A DNA stretch of 64,000 nucleotides from Candidatus Pacearchaeota archaeon (GCA_002688015.1 NZBT01000008.1:2852-66851), one strand, 5' to 3'; numbered from the stretch's first letter, positions 38,226-47,541 are shown. Notes: generated by a model not told the origin, from the sequence alone. Numbers and translations are program-made.

Positions 38226-39050
38226 TTATATCTTATCTAACGGGTTTTCCACTTTCTTTATCTGCTCAGAAGAAACATGAGCATACATCTGTGTCGTGTT
38301 AAGATTGCTATGCCCAAGCAAGGTCTGTATCATTCTTATATCGGTTCCATCTTCAAGTAAATGTGTTGCAAAACTATGCCTTAGCGTGTGTGGCGTTACT
38401 TTCTTATTAATTCCAGCCCTCTCTCTTGTTCCCTTAATTATTTTTTGAATATTCCTTGTTGTTAAGGGCTTATCCTTTGAAAAAAGATAAATTTTTTCTT
38501 TATCATTTTTCTCTTCAATAAAACTTTTTAATTCCTCTCCTAATTTAGCAGAAAGAGTAAACATTCTATCTTTGTTTCCTTTTCCTTTCCTTACCCATCC
38601 AATATTTTCAGAAAAGTCAAGGCTGTCAACTTTTAAATTAACAAGCTCAGAAACACGCAAGCCAGAAGAATATAACATGGATATTATCAACCTAGATTTT
38701 CTATTGTCAGCAGATTCAATCATATTCCTTACCTCATCCTTGCTTAAGACTTCAGGAAGCAACCTATCTTTCTTAGGAACTTTAACTTTTGAAAACTCTT
38801 TTTCTAAAATCTCTTGATAAAAAAACTTCAAAGAAGCTGCAGCAAGCATTATAGTATTCTTACTTTTATCTTCAATCAATTTTCCTAGATAAAGCTTTGC
38901 ATCATCTTCTACTAACTCCTCCATAATCTCCTTGTCAGTCATTTTCAAAAATTTATCAACAAAGAAACTATAATTTCTAACAGTAAGAGGGCTAAAGCCA
39001 CGCAGTTTTAGCTCTGTTCTTAATTTTTCCAACCCCTCTGCTTTATTCAT
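38226..39050 (-). CDS. xerA: Site-specific tyrosine recombinase XerA-like
   Basis: N-terminal SAM-like domain, 'GLRVSEL', 'GKGNKDR', 'PHTLRHSFATHLL', 'LGH...TTQMY'. Confidence 0.85.
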   Translation of the reverse strand: MNKAEGLEKLRTELKLRGFSPLTVRNYSFFVDKFLKMTDKEIMEELVEDDAKLYLGKLIEDKSKNTIMLAAASLKFFYQEILEKEFSKVKVPKKDRLLPEVLSKDEVRNMIESADNRKSRLIISMLYSSGLRVSELVNLKVDSLDFSENIGWVRKGKGNKDRMFTLSAKLGEELKSFIEEKNDKEKIYLFSKDKPLTTRNIQKIIKGTRERAGINKKVTPHTLRHSFATHLLEDGTDIRMIQTLLGHSNLNTTQMYAHVSSEQIKKVENPLDKI

Positions 39051-39166
39051 TTTTTATAGAGAAACTAATCTCATTAAACCGAACTCCTATTTAAACCTTA
39101 TTGCAGAAACGAGAGTTCAAATTTTTCTTCAGGAAACTTTATTAACTCTTCAGATTTAAAAATATC

Positions 39167-39424
39167 ATGAATAAAAGAGCACTCTTTGGCACAGTCTTCA
39201 TTGTCATAATTATTCTATTAATCTTGGCTGGGGCCTTCATCTATTTCCAAGTAAAAAAATCAGGAATTCAATTATCTTCTGGAGAGATCCAAATCGATAT
39301 TAAGTTCAATGATACTGAAGACAGAAATACAATAACAGGAGAAGTAATCGCTGATCCAGAAAGTGATGAAAATCAAACATTAAACGAAACAGAAATTATT
39401 GAAAACCCTCCAGAGTTAGAATAA
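39167..39424 (+). CDS. Small membrane-anchored hypothetical protein
   Basis: 'MNKRA' plus TM helix, acidic tail. Confidence 0.65.
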   Translation: MNKRALFGTVFIVIIILLILAGAFIYFQVKKSGIQLSSGEIQIDIKFNDTEDRNTITGEVIADPESDENQTLNETEIIENPPELE

Positions 39425-39431
39425 AATTCTT

Positions 39432-39474
39432 AAAAAATAAGTGGAGAAAGATAAACCGAAATCCACCTCTCTCC
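39432..39474 (-). ncRNA. Candidate small hairpin RNA with its own promoter and U-tract
   Basis: GGAGAGAGGUGGAU-UUCG-GUUUAUCUUUCUCC then ACUUAUUUUUU; BRE GGAAAG and TTTAAATA at 39509-39496. Confidence 0.55.
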
Positions 39475-39526
39475 AATACAAAGACTTCAAATTAGTATTT
39501 AAACTTTCCCCAAACAGAGTTAACAA

Positions 39527-40222
39527 TTATTTCTTGATCTCTTTCTTTAATCTCAATGCCTCTTTCTTTTGTTTATCCAAATCTTTTATTTTTTGTTTAT
39601 TCAACTTTTTCTTCTTGTATTTAATCGCCTTATCTAGTTCAGAGATTTCAAACTTTTCCTGCTGTATGTTTTCAATCTTCTCTTTTTTCTTAATCTTTTC
39701 AGAATACTCAAACATCTTTCTAATAGGCCATTTAATCAAGTTAAACACAATTAACAATCCTAGAAGTATCAACAACAAAGATAAAAACAAAGTCCAGCTA
39801 TTTTCTAAACCTGTATGCACATATAAGATAACAATAAATGCTATAGTATTCGTCGTTAAGGGGGAACTTATAATTCTACTCAATCTCTCTGGGAAAAAGT
39901 GCCCAAAATTAAGCTTTACAATCAAAGTTCCAAAAATAAGAAGTAATAAAACTGCAAGAGTTTTCCAACCGTACTCTAAATAATTCCCTAATCCAAGTAT
40001 ATCTAATTCATAAATAGCTCTAAACAAAGCCATAGAAACAAAAATTAAAATCAATGAATTAGCAAAATAATCGTTCCATCCCGGCCTTTCATCTTTATAT
40101 CTCTGAAAGTATATAACCATCAATAAAGTTGTAATAGCAAGAGGAAGAACAACCCAGAGAATTTCAGGCTTCCCTGTTGTTTTCAACAATTCCCAAACCG
40201 TATTTATTAAATTAGAATTCAT
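39527..40222 (-). CDS. Multi-pass membrane protein with C-terminal coiled coil
   Basis: 5 TM segments, 'W...FANSL', Lys-rich tail. Confidence 0.75.
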   Translation of the reverse strand: MNSNLINTVWELLKTTGKPEILWVVLPLAITTLLMVIYFQRYKDERPGWNDYFANSLILIFVSMALFRAIYELDILGLGNYLEYGWKTLAVLLLLIFGTLIVKLNFGHFFPERLSRIISSPLTTNTIAFIVILYVHTGLENSWTLFLSLLLILLGLLIVFNLIKWPIRKMFEYSEKIKKKEKIENIQQEKFEISELDKAIKYKKKKLNKQKIKDLDKQKKEALRLKKEIKK

Positions 40223-40329
40223 CTTACACCTTTAACTGTATTTTTTTCAGACTTTTTAAATTCTTTCCCAGCCAATTTCTTTTCTAATCTCGCCTCTAAA
40301 ACAGGAAGCTCTTGTTTTATTTTATTCAT
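40219..40329 (-). CDS. 36-aa peptide (not in ORF track)
   Basis: MNKIKQELPVLEARLEKKLAGKEFKKSEKNTVKGVR; ATGA overlaps with both neighbours. Confidence 0.5.
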   Translation of the reverse strand: MNKIKQELPVLEARLEKKLAGKEFKKSEKNTVKGVR

Positions 40330-40484
40330 TTCTTTCCTCCTTTCTTAACCTTCTTTAACTCAGAATCCATAAACAATTCAATCTGTTTTCCTATTTGCAA
40401 TCCATTTTCCTCACAGAATTTTTTATAATTATCTTTAACCTCTCTATCCACAGAAAGCGTTAGCTTATCATTTCCTTTTTTCAT
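40326..40484 (-). CDS. 52-aa ribbon-helix-helix protein (not in ORF track)
   Basis: MKKGNDKLTLSVDREVKDNYKKFCEENGLQIGKQIELFMDSELKKVKKGGKK. Confidence 0.75.
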   Translation of the reverse strand: MKKGNDKLTLSVDREVKDNYKKFCEENGLQIGKQIELFMDSELKKVKKGGKK

Positions 40485-40501
40485 AGTCTTTCTTCCATCA
40501 T

Positions 40502-40542
40502 ACGTATTTTAACGTATTTTAATGTACATGTACGTATATAAA
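40502..40542 (-). promoter_or_regulatory. TATA box plus four 10-bp-phased AYGTA repeats (putative operator)
   Basis: acgta 40502, acgta 40512, atgta 40522, acgta 40532; TTTATATA on the minus strand at 40535-40542. Confidence 0.65.
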
Positions 40543-40585
40543 GGTTACTAAAAAGCCTTAAAACTTCTTTTCCCCTTCACAAATC

Positions 40586-41644
40586 ATGAAAAAGTGGTTG
40601 AAATTAGTCCTATTCCTCTATCTATTCATATTCTCTATAGAATTAATAAAAAAATCCTTAATATTCTTGGAGCCTCAAATAGGTTCTTTTTTAACAAATA
40701 ATCTCTCCCCAATCAAAGCAATAGCCGCAGGATGGTTCACAACTTCAATTGTTCAATCTTCAGGAGCTGTTAGCACTCTTGCCTCAGCTCTTGCAGGACA
40801 AGGCTTCTTGACATTAGAGACTGCCATATATGTCTTAATTGGAGCAAGCTTAGGAACAACAATTACCGCCCTAATAATCTCATTTCTGACAACTACTGAA
40901 AGCAAGACAGATTATCGTCATGGATTTGAAATAGCTCTTGTATATTCTATTTATTCAGCCTTATTGGTCATAATCGTATTAGTTCTAGAGGGGTTCTTTA
41001 AACTATTCTCAAAATCTTCTCTCTTTCTAGCAACAGCAATTTCTCCCAAACTCTCAGTCTTAGGAGTCCCAGATATTATAGGCACAATTACAAGCCCAAT
41101 AATAAGTATATTAAAGAAATCCATACCGGACTTCACATTATTAGTCCTAGGATTTGTAATTTTAATTTTTGCACTAAAATACATAGGAAAATCAGTAATC
41201 GCAGTCCTTGGCGGAGAATTTAAAGCAAAGAAGTTCATAAAAAGACATTTCAACTCCCCAATAAAAATTTACGTAATAGGAGCAATACTTACAGCAATTG
41301 TTTTTTCATCAAGCATAACAATTAGTTTACTTGTCCCTCTCGCAGTTGCACGTCTCATCAATCTAAGAAAAGCAATTCCCTTTATTCTTGGAGCTGATTT
41401 AGGAACATTCACAGATACATTCCTAGCAGCAATTATAATCGGGAAACCATTAGCATTAGCAACAGCAATCGCCTACGCCTTATTCGCTGTTGTAGGAGCT
41501 ATAATCTTCTTACCTAATATAACTCTTCTAAGAAAAATGACAAAATTCGCATCCAAGAGACTAATAAAAATATCAAGAAGAAAAGCCCTCTACATTTTAG
41601 CAGCGTTTATAGCAATTCCGCTATTGATTATTCTGCTTCTATAA
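40586..41644 (+). CDS. Na+/phosphate symporter (NptA/SLC34-like)
   Basis: Repeated 'VQSSGA/FSSSIT' and 'GASLGTT/GADLGT' signatures. Confidence 0.88.
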   Translation: MKKWLKLVLFLYLFIFSIELIKKSLIFLEPQIGSFLTNNLSPIKAIAAGWFTTSIVQSSGAVSTLASALAGQGFLTLETAIYVLIGASLGTTITALIISFLTTTESKTDYRHGFEIALVYSIYSALLVIIVLVLEGFFKLFSKSSLFLATAISPKLSVLGVPDIIGTITSPIISILKKSIPDFTLLVLGFVILIFALKYIGKSVIAVLGGEFKAKKFIKRHFNSPIKIYVIGAILTAIVFSSSITISLLVPLAVARLINLRKAIPFILGADLGTFTDTFLAAIIIGKPLALATAIAYALFAVVGAIIFLPNITLLRKMTKFASKRLIKISRRKALYILAAFIAIPLLIILLL

Positions 41645-41971
41645 TTACTTTATCTCTGAGAAAACTTCTTGATCAGGATAAACAGTAATTCCTTTTCCTG
41701 TAATTTGATAAGATACAATCTTCTTCTGATGGCTTGCCCCCCTCAATTTCAATATCTCAAGAGCATTCTCTCTAACATTTCCATGTTTCAAATTATACAA
41801 AACAACAACACCTCCAGCTAAAAACTCTTCAACACCAGTAGTTGAAAATATTTTTGGAACTTGCTCTGTTTCTGTAATCAAAAGACTTGTAGCACCGATT
41901 TTCTCAAGAAGAACCTTCATAGTACCCATATCTTCCTGATCATCATCAACAACAAGTATTTTCTTCCCCAT
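41645..41971 (-). pseudogene. Chimeric remnant: receiver-domain N-terminus fused to KaiC/RAD55-like ATPase C-terminus
   Basis: 'KKILVVDDD' then 'TSLLITE...GVEEFLAGGVVVL...LEILKLRG..H'; no phosphoacceptor Asp and no Walker A/B. Confidence 0.7.
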
Positions 41972-42077
41972 TTTTATATTCTCTTTTACATATCCCCTGA
42001 GGAAATACAATGTATAAAGATTTCCATCCTTCCATTTAACGCAAGCTTTAAAACCTAAAATTATCTTCAATAATCAA

Positions 42078-42208
42078 GCGGGAGTTCCAGAGTGGTCAAA
42101 TGGGCAAGACTTAAGACGTCGATCTTTCACAAGAAAGATTAGAGTTAAGATTTCGTTAGAAATCTTGTGTGCTTAGTGCCTTCGTAGGTTCGAATCCTAT
42201 CTCCCGCA
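42078..42208 (+). tRNA. tRNA-Leu(TAA) with 46-nt intron at 37/38 (42116-42161)
   Basis: GCGGGAG/CTCCCGC-A, CAAGA-CTTAAG[intron]A-TCTTG, relaxed bulge-helix-bulge. Confidence 0.9.
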
Positions 42209-42215
42209 TTTTCTT

Positions 42216-44834
42216 TCAGAGTTTCTGCACTTCATCAGAATTAATCTTAGCTTTCCTTTTCTTCCAGAACAAATAACTAACATAACCAACAACAACTAAA
42301 GCGATTATTATCATGGCAGGAAAAGCATAATCTCCAGCTAATTCAGCGACAACAGCCCCGGTAATCCCAAATCCTTTTCTCTCACTTTCTTCAGAACTAA
42401 CAACATTCCCAGTAATTCCTGTCCCTGCTCCTGAAATTTCATCTTCTCTTTCTGCTTCTTCAGTTTCTGTTCCATTCTCTTCAGAATTAACTGTGTTTCC
42501 TGTTACAACACTTCCACTACTTGACCCTCCGCCGCCACCCCCTCCAGATGATCCTCCTGAACTTCCTCCTCCAGCATCTCTATCTTCATCTCCTCCAAGG
42601 CTCGTATCTTCTCCTGAATCACTTGAATCCTCTGTAACAATCTCAGTAACATTCAGGAATCTTGAGGTTGAATTCCCAACATTTCCAGAAAGGTCTGTAC
42701 AATTCACACTCCATTCATGTATTCCTACAGAAACAGAATAATCAACCTTATTACTATCATTAGTTAAAACAGAACTTGCATTGCCCTCAACAGAATCGTT
42801 GTTCAAAATCAAATTACATCCAACTAAATCAAAATTATCAGTAACATTAAATTCAAAACTTATTACTTGTTCTCCAGTATAATTACTCCAATCAGAAGGA
42901 GAATTCAATTTTATGCTAGGAACTACAAAATCAGAAATCAAAGAATAATTTGACTGCTCCCTTCTTATATCACTATTATTGTTTTCTGCTAAACAATTCC
43001 ATTCATGCTCTCCTTCTCCCGTCAAAGTGTAATTAAACTCTGTCGAATTCTGTTTCCCACTAACATTTTTAGTCTTCTCATAAATCAAAGTATTATTGTC
43101 ATTCCAGATATACAATGTTGAATTAACCAAAGCGTATTTTTCCTCAGATTCAAAATCACAAGTAAAATTAACTTCATCATCTTTTACATGAGCTCCATTT
43201 ACCGGAGAAAGTAAATTAATCAAAATACTTTCAATAGTAATGCTAAAGTTATTTTCCCCCAAACCTTTGTTCCCATTTTCATCAGTATAGAGACAATTCC
43301 ATTCATACCTTTCTCCAAGAGTTAAATCAGAAATATTAATTTCAAAACTGTCTTCTGTCCCCACAGTATTCTCATAAGTTTCATTAACAATTGTCTCATT
43401 CTCACCCCATAAATAGAACGTCCTGCTTTTCAAACTCAAATCATCAGTCGCATTACATCTAAAACTCTGTCCTAACTCCGACGATAAAGTGTCATTTTCA
43501 GGACTTTGTAAACTCACAACCGGATTTGTGTTGTCCAAAGAAATAACAGCATCATAGATATTTATTCTAGAATAATTAGCAACAGAGTCTAAGATAACAA
43601 ATCCTGTACTATCCAAAGTATCTTCCAACTCTCCCGGTGTCTTGCTTATTTGTCCAGACAGAGATAAAAATTGATTCAAAATCACAATAGCTCCAGCAAC
43701 ATGCGGAGCACTCATACTAGTCCCAGAAGCAGTCGCATGTCCTGCTGAATTCAAATAAGTAGAATCTATCTGTGTTCCCGGAGCCATCAATTTTACTAAA
43801 GAATTTCTATCTGCATAACTAGCAATATTATCGTTTTTATCTGTCGCAGATACAGCTATAGCATTAGTAACACAAGCAGGAGCAGCAATCTCTCCTGTTC
43901 TACCAGGCCCAACATTATTCAAACCATTTCCAGAACTTATCACAACAGAAATATTATTCCTTACAGCTTCATCAATCTCATCAGCTAAAGGATCGGAATC
44001 ACAAGATTCTTCAAACAATCCGGAGCCTAGACTCATACTTATAACCGAAATATTATATTTTGATCTATTCTCTATACAGAAATTAATTGCGGAACTTATT
44101 GCAGAATCAGAACAGCTTCCAAAAGAACTACAAACTTTTAACGAAATTATCTTTGCTCCTGGAGCAATACCTATTATGTCCCCATTAGCTGCAGCAATTC
44201 CAGAAACATGAGTCCCATGACCTTTATCATCCATTGGATTACTATCTCCATTTACGAAATCATACCCTGCAGGAACTTTCGAACAATTTCCGGCTAGGAA
44301 TGTTTCTTCGCTACATCCTCCCAAATCAGGATGAGTATAATTAACTCCAGAATCTATTATACACACGCTCTGTCCCAAACCAGTTATGTTTGTCCCCAAA
44401 ACTTGCAAACTCCAGGTTTTCGAAGCATTTGTCAGTTTTACTGTATCTTTCAAAAACAATTCTCTAACACCTTCAAGCTCAACTTTCTCAACATTCTCCT
44501 TCCTTTCTAAAATCTCCAATTCATCTAAGGAAATATTAATATAAAGTTCATTCTCAGACTCATAAATAACATCTTCTTCTCCAATTTGTGAAATTAAAGA
44601 TTCTTTGGTTTCTTCAACATCTTCAGAAAAAATTGAACTTATTCCAAATCCTTTTCTCAAATCATTAGATTCATCAAATTCTATACGAACTGTAATCTCT
44701 TCCTCATCAGCCAAATCCTCATAAACTTCTAAGTCGACTTTTCCTTCTTCTCCAGATCCATAAACTCCAATTACAAATAAGCTCAACACTAAAAGTACTA
44801 CTGTAATTCCCAAATAAAATCTACTTTTCCCCAT
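42216..44834 (-). CDS. S8 subtilisin-like surface serine protease with three Ig-like repeats and C-terminal anchor
   Basis: Catalytic IDSG, GHGTHV, SGTSMSAPHV; 'L.SP...W.C' repeats; Gly/Ser linker; TM plus basic tail. Confidence 0.93.
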   Translation of the reverse strand: MGKSRFYLGITVVLLVLSLFVIGVYGSGEEGKVDLEVYEDLADEEEITVRIEFDESNDLRKGFGISSIFSEDVEETKESLISQIGEEDVIYESENELYINISLDELEILERKENVEKVELEGVRELFLKDTVKLTNASKTWSLQVLGTNITGLGQSVCIIDSGVNYTHPDLGGCSEETFLAGNCSKVPAGYDFVNGDSNPMDDKGHGTHVSGIAAANGDIIGIAPGAKIISLKVCSSFGSCSDSAISSAINFCIENRSKYNISVISMSLGSGLFEESCDSDPLADEIDEAVRNNISVVISSGNGLNNVGPGRTGEIAAPACVTNAIAVSATDKNDNIASYADRNSLVKLMAPGTQIDSTYLNSAGHATASGTSMSAPHVAGAIVILNQFLSLSGQISKTPGELEDTLDSTGFVILDSVANYSRINIYDAVISLDNTNPVVSLQSPENDTLSSELGQSFRCNATDDLSLKSRTFYLWGENETIVNETYENTVGTEDSFEINISDLTLGERYEWNCLYTDENGNKGLGENNFSITIESILINLLSPVNGAHVKDDEVNFTCDFESEEKYALVNSTLYIWNDNNTLIYEKTKNVSGKQNSTEFNYTLTGEGEHEWNCLAENNNSDIRREQSNYSLISDFVVPSIKLNSPSDWSNYTGEQVISFEFNVTDNFDLVGCNLILNNDSVEGNASSVLTNDSNKVDYSVSVGIHEWSVNCTDLSGNVGNSTSRFLNVTEIVTEDSSDSGEDTSLGGDEDRDAGGGSSGGSSGGGGGGGSSSGSVVTGNTVNSEENGTETEEAEREDEISGAGTGITGNVVSSEESERKGFGITGAVVAELAGDYAFPAMIIIALVVVGYVSYLFWKKRKAKINSDEVQKL

Positions 44835-45136
44835 TATTCTATAACTGCCTCACATATCCCTCTATTACAATCACAATATCCTTGTCCACAATCTAAGGTT
44901 CCAGGCACACAGTCCTGAGTACAAAATATCCCTTCCCTCTTATTTTCTTGCCCTTTCAAAACACAATCAGTTGGATGACAAGCTTGCTTCGGTAGGCAAT
45001 CCCTGTCTTCCTCACAAAAACTGTCTTTTCCCGATTTATCTTCAGAGCCTTCTTCATCTCCAAAAAGAGAAAAACTAACCGCTAACATTAATAATAAAAA
45101 CACAACTAAAACAAAAATTCTATCCTTCTTTACCAT
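44834..45136 (-). CDS. Exported cysteine-rich (eight-cysteine-cluster-like) protein
   Basis: TM anchor plus 10 Cys, 'C..D.DC....C....C...CTQDC......C....C.C..G.C'. Confidence 0.75.
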   Translation of the reverse strand: MVKKDRIFVLVVFLLLMLAVSFSLFGDEEGSEDKSGKDSFCEEDRDCLPKQACHPTDCVLKGQENKREGIFCTQDCVPGTLDCGQGYCDCNRGICEAVIE

Positions 45137-45170
45137 ACTTTTCTTATCAATTATAGATATTTAACTCTTT

Positions 45171-46187
45171 TTAGTCTTCTTCAAGCATCCTATTATAAGT
45201 TCTTCCCATATGCCAATCAACAGCTTCTTCAACAGCACCTCTAAGAGAAGTAATTTGATATCCTAATTCCCTTTCAGCCTTGCCACTACTAAATGCAAAA
45301 TCACCTCTTACTAATTTAACTCCTTCTACTGAAGCCCTTGGCTTTTCACCTGTGAGATATGAAGACTTCTCAGAAAGATATGCGAAACATAATGCGACAC
45401 AATAAGGTACAGAAATTTTCGGCGGATTAACTCCAGCAATCTCAGCAACTTGTCTTACAAAGTCTCCTAAATTTATATTCTCTCCTCCTAAAATATATCT
45501 CTCTCCATGTGTTCCCTGTTCCATTGCCAAAACATGTCCTTCAGCACAATCTCTGACATTAGGGAAATTCATTGTTCTATTAATATATCCTCCGAGCCTT
45601 CCCTCAATAGTCTCTCTAATCATCTTTCCAGGTTCAGTTGGCATAATATCATTCTTTCCAATTGGACACGTTGGATGAACAATAACAAATTCAATTTCCT
45701 CCGGCTCAGTTCTAATTACTTCCTCAGCCATTAATTTTGAAATACCATAAGGTCCAATCTTTCTTGAATTCCCATTTGGAAAATCATTCTCTGTAAAAAC
45801 TTTTCCTCTTTGAGAACCATTACTAAAAGTCATAGCATCTCCAGTAGATGTATAAACAATTCTTCTCACATTATTTTTAACAGCACCTTCAACAACATTT
45901 CTAGTTCCGTTAACATTAACATCAAAATAACTCTTTGGATTTTTATCCCAAAGAAGGCACTTGCCTGCAAGATGATAAACATCAGAACATCCTTCAATAG
46001 ATTCAATAACTTTCTCCCTATCTCTAATGTCTCCTTCAACAATTTCAACATCTCTAGAAAAAGGCCTTAATATATCGATATCAGATTTCGGTTTAGCAAG
46101 GACTCTTACATTTTTCCCCTTCTTCAAAAGAACTTCTACCACATTAGATCCTATAAATCCATTACCTCCAGTTACCAAGGAAACCAT
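45171..46187 (-). CDS. NAD-dependent epimerase/dehydratase, HpnA / dihydroflavonol-reductase-like
   Basis: 'VTGGNGFIG', 'HLAG', 'YGISK', 'P..PIG..D..PT..G', 'GERYILGGEN'. Confidence 0.85.
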   Translation of the reverse strand: MVSLVTGGNGFIGSNVVEVLLKKGKNVRVLAKPKSDIDILRPFSRDVEIVEGDIRDREKVIESIEGCSDVYHLAGKCLLWDKNPKSYFDVNVNGTRNVVEGAVKNNVRRIVYTSTGDAMTFSNGSQRGKVFTENDFPNGNSRKIGPYGISKLMAEEVIRTEPEEIEFVIVHPTCPIGKNDIMPTEPGKMIRETIEGRLGGYINRTMNFPNVRDCAEGHVLAMEQGTHGERYILGGENINLGDFVRQVAEIAGVNPPKISVPYCVALCFAYLSEKSSYLTGEKPRASVEGVKLVRGDFAFSSGKAERELGYQITSLRGAVEEAVDWHMGRTYNRMLEED

Positions 46188-46292
46188 ATAATTCCTTGAC
46201 CTATGACCTTCTTAAACAACCTTCTTCCCTAAACAGTATATTCTAAAATACTCTTTTTTAAAAACCTAATACAACAAGGAAAATAGATTAAG

Positions 46293-46661
46293 ATGGAATC
46301 AATCTCAAGACATCCGTTAATACTAGGAACAGTTGGAAGAAAAACTTATGGTTTTTTTAGAAAACAAGTTGAAATAGAAAAGATTGCTAGAACAATAAAT
46401 AAAAATTCAACAAGATATAATAATTTTAACAATAGAATCAACAAATATAAACTAGTTACAGTAGGAATTTTTGCGGGAATCTGTACAGAGGCAATCTCTC
46501 TAGCGCCTCTATTAACCTCATTTAATTATACAGAAAACAATCAAACTTACGCAGCTTTAGCAACAACAACATGGTCTGTTTTACTAAGATATGGAATTCA
46601 TAGCCTTTTCAATAAAATGGGCAAAAACTTAGAAACAGTTATAGAAAATCATAAAAACTAA
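46293..46661 (+). CDS. Hypothetical membrane protein
   Basis: 122-aa ORF, two hydrophobic stretches. Confidence 0.55.
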   Translation: MESISRHPLILGTVGRKTYGFFRKQVEIEKIARTINKNSTRYNNFNNRINKYKLVTVGIFAGICTEAISLAPLLTSFNYTENNQTYAALATTTWSVLLRYGIHSLFNKMGKNLETVIENHKN

Positions 46662-47359
46662 TTTTTCCCTTCTTCAAGCATTCTATCATATGTTCTTCTA
46701 ACAACCTTTCTTGAAGCATTCATTTTCTTGTCAGCTATAAATAAGAGAAGGGCCTCCCCAACAAAAGGAATAAACTTAGTATATTTTTTATTATTTGCAG
46801 CAACTTCATTCTTTATTCCATCCAAAACATTTTCTGAATGTTCTAAAAGTTCAGAAACATCTTCTTTGTTTAGCTCATAATCTTCATGTTCAATCTTTCC
46901 TCTATAAAATCCAACTTTATACTCTATCTCTCCCTTAAATTTTTTAATTATATATCTGCTTCTCCAATTCATCCTATCATCTATCTCATCATACAATTTA
47001 ACCATGTCAGAAACACCTTCTTTAATATCAATTTCTTCATTAAGAACTCTAAAAGGAATCTTTTCTATATCATAGAATACTTTCTTCGCTTTTTCAAGTC
47101 CTTTTTTCTTTACAAGATCATCAACACTATCAATCTTACCTTTCCCTTCTTCAAAATAAATATCAATATATCTTATTGCTATCCTCTCTTCAACTCTAGA
47201 AACTCTCTCCTCTAAATCATCTCCCTGCTCCACACTTTCCCTATCCTGATGTGAGGAGGGCCAAACTTCTCCCCGCTCCCCAGAATTAAACGGACTCAAA
47301 ACCAAAACTCCCGCTAAAAACGCTAAAGGCGCAACACTCTTTAATCTTTTCATTTTCAT
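46658..47359 (-). CDS. Hypothetical exported protein
   Basis: N-terminal signal-like segment; start placed at MKMKR. Confidence 0.6.
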   Translation of the reverse strand: MKMKRLKSVAPLAFLAGVLVLSPFNSGERGEVWPSSHQDRESVEQGDDLEERVSRVEERIAIRYIDIYFEEGKGKIDSVDDLVKKKGLEKAKKVFYDIEKIPFRVLNEEIDIKEGVSDMVKLYDEIDDRMNWRSRYIIKKFKGEIEYKVGFYRGKIEHEDYELNKEDVSELLEHSENVLDGIKNEVAANNKKYTKFIPFVGEALLLFIADKKMNASRKVVRRTYDRMLEEGKN

Positions 47360-47541
47360 TAAACAAAGTCCCTCAACCAATTTTAAATATTTAACTTTTA
47401 TAAATTAACTACTAAAAATTAATGAATTCCTTACAAAAAGTTTAATAACTCATTTAATACTATAATTGAAAGTGGTGAGATTTTAACAAAGAATTTCATG
47501 TTAAAATTACTTTTATGAAATGAAAGGAGGTATATGCAATA

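Noticed and set aside
38226-39050. Tyrosine recombinase as an integron integrase or prophage integrase
   Set aside because: 274 aa, lacks the IntI-specific insertion before the HxLRH box, and no attC-like repeats, att duplication or phage genes are nearby; fits housekeeping XerA. No convincing dif site was identified.
39441-39983. 180-aa plus-strand ORF and similar antisense ORFs (e.g. 22540-23055, 34949-35306, 36881-37285, 49516-49950)
   Set aside because: Shadow frames opposite well-supported genes, with Phe/Ser/Leu-rich composition mirroring Lys/Glu codons.
42515-42600. GC-rich CCT/CCG repeats as an ncRNA or DNA repeat element
   Set aside because: They encode the Gly/Ser linker of the subtilase on the minus strand.
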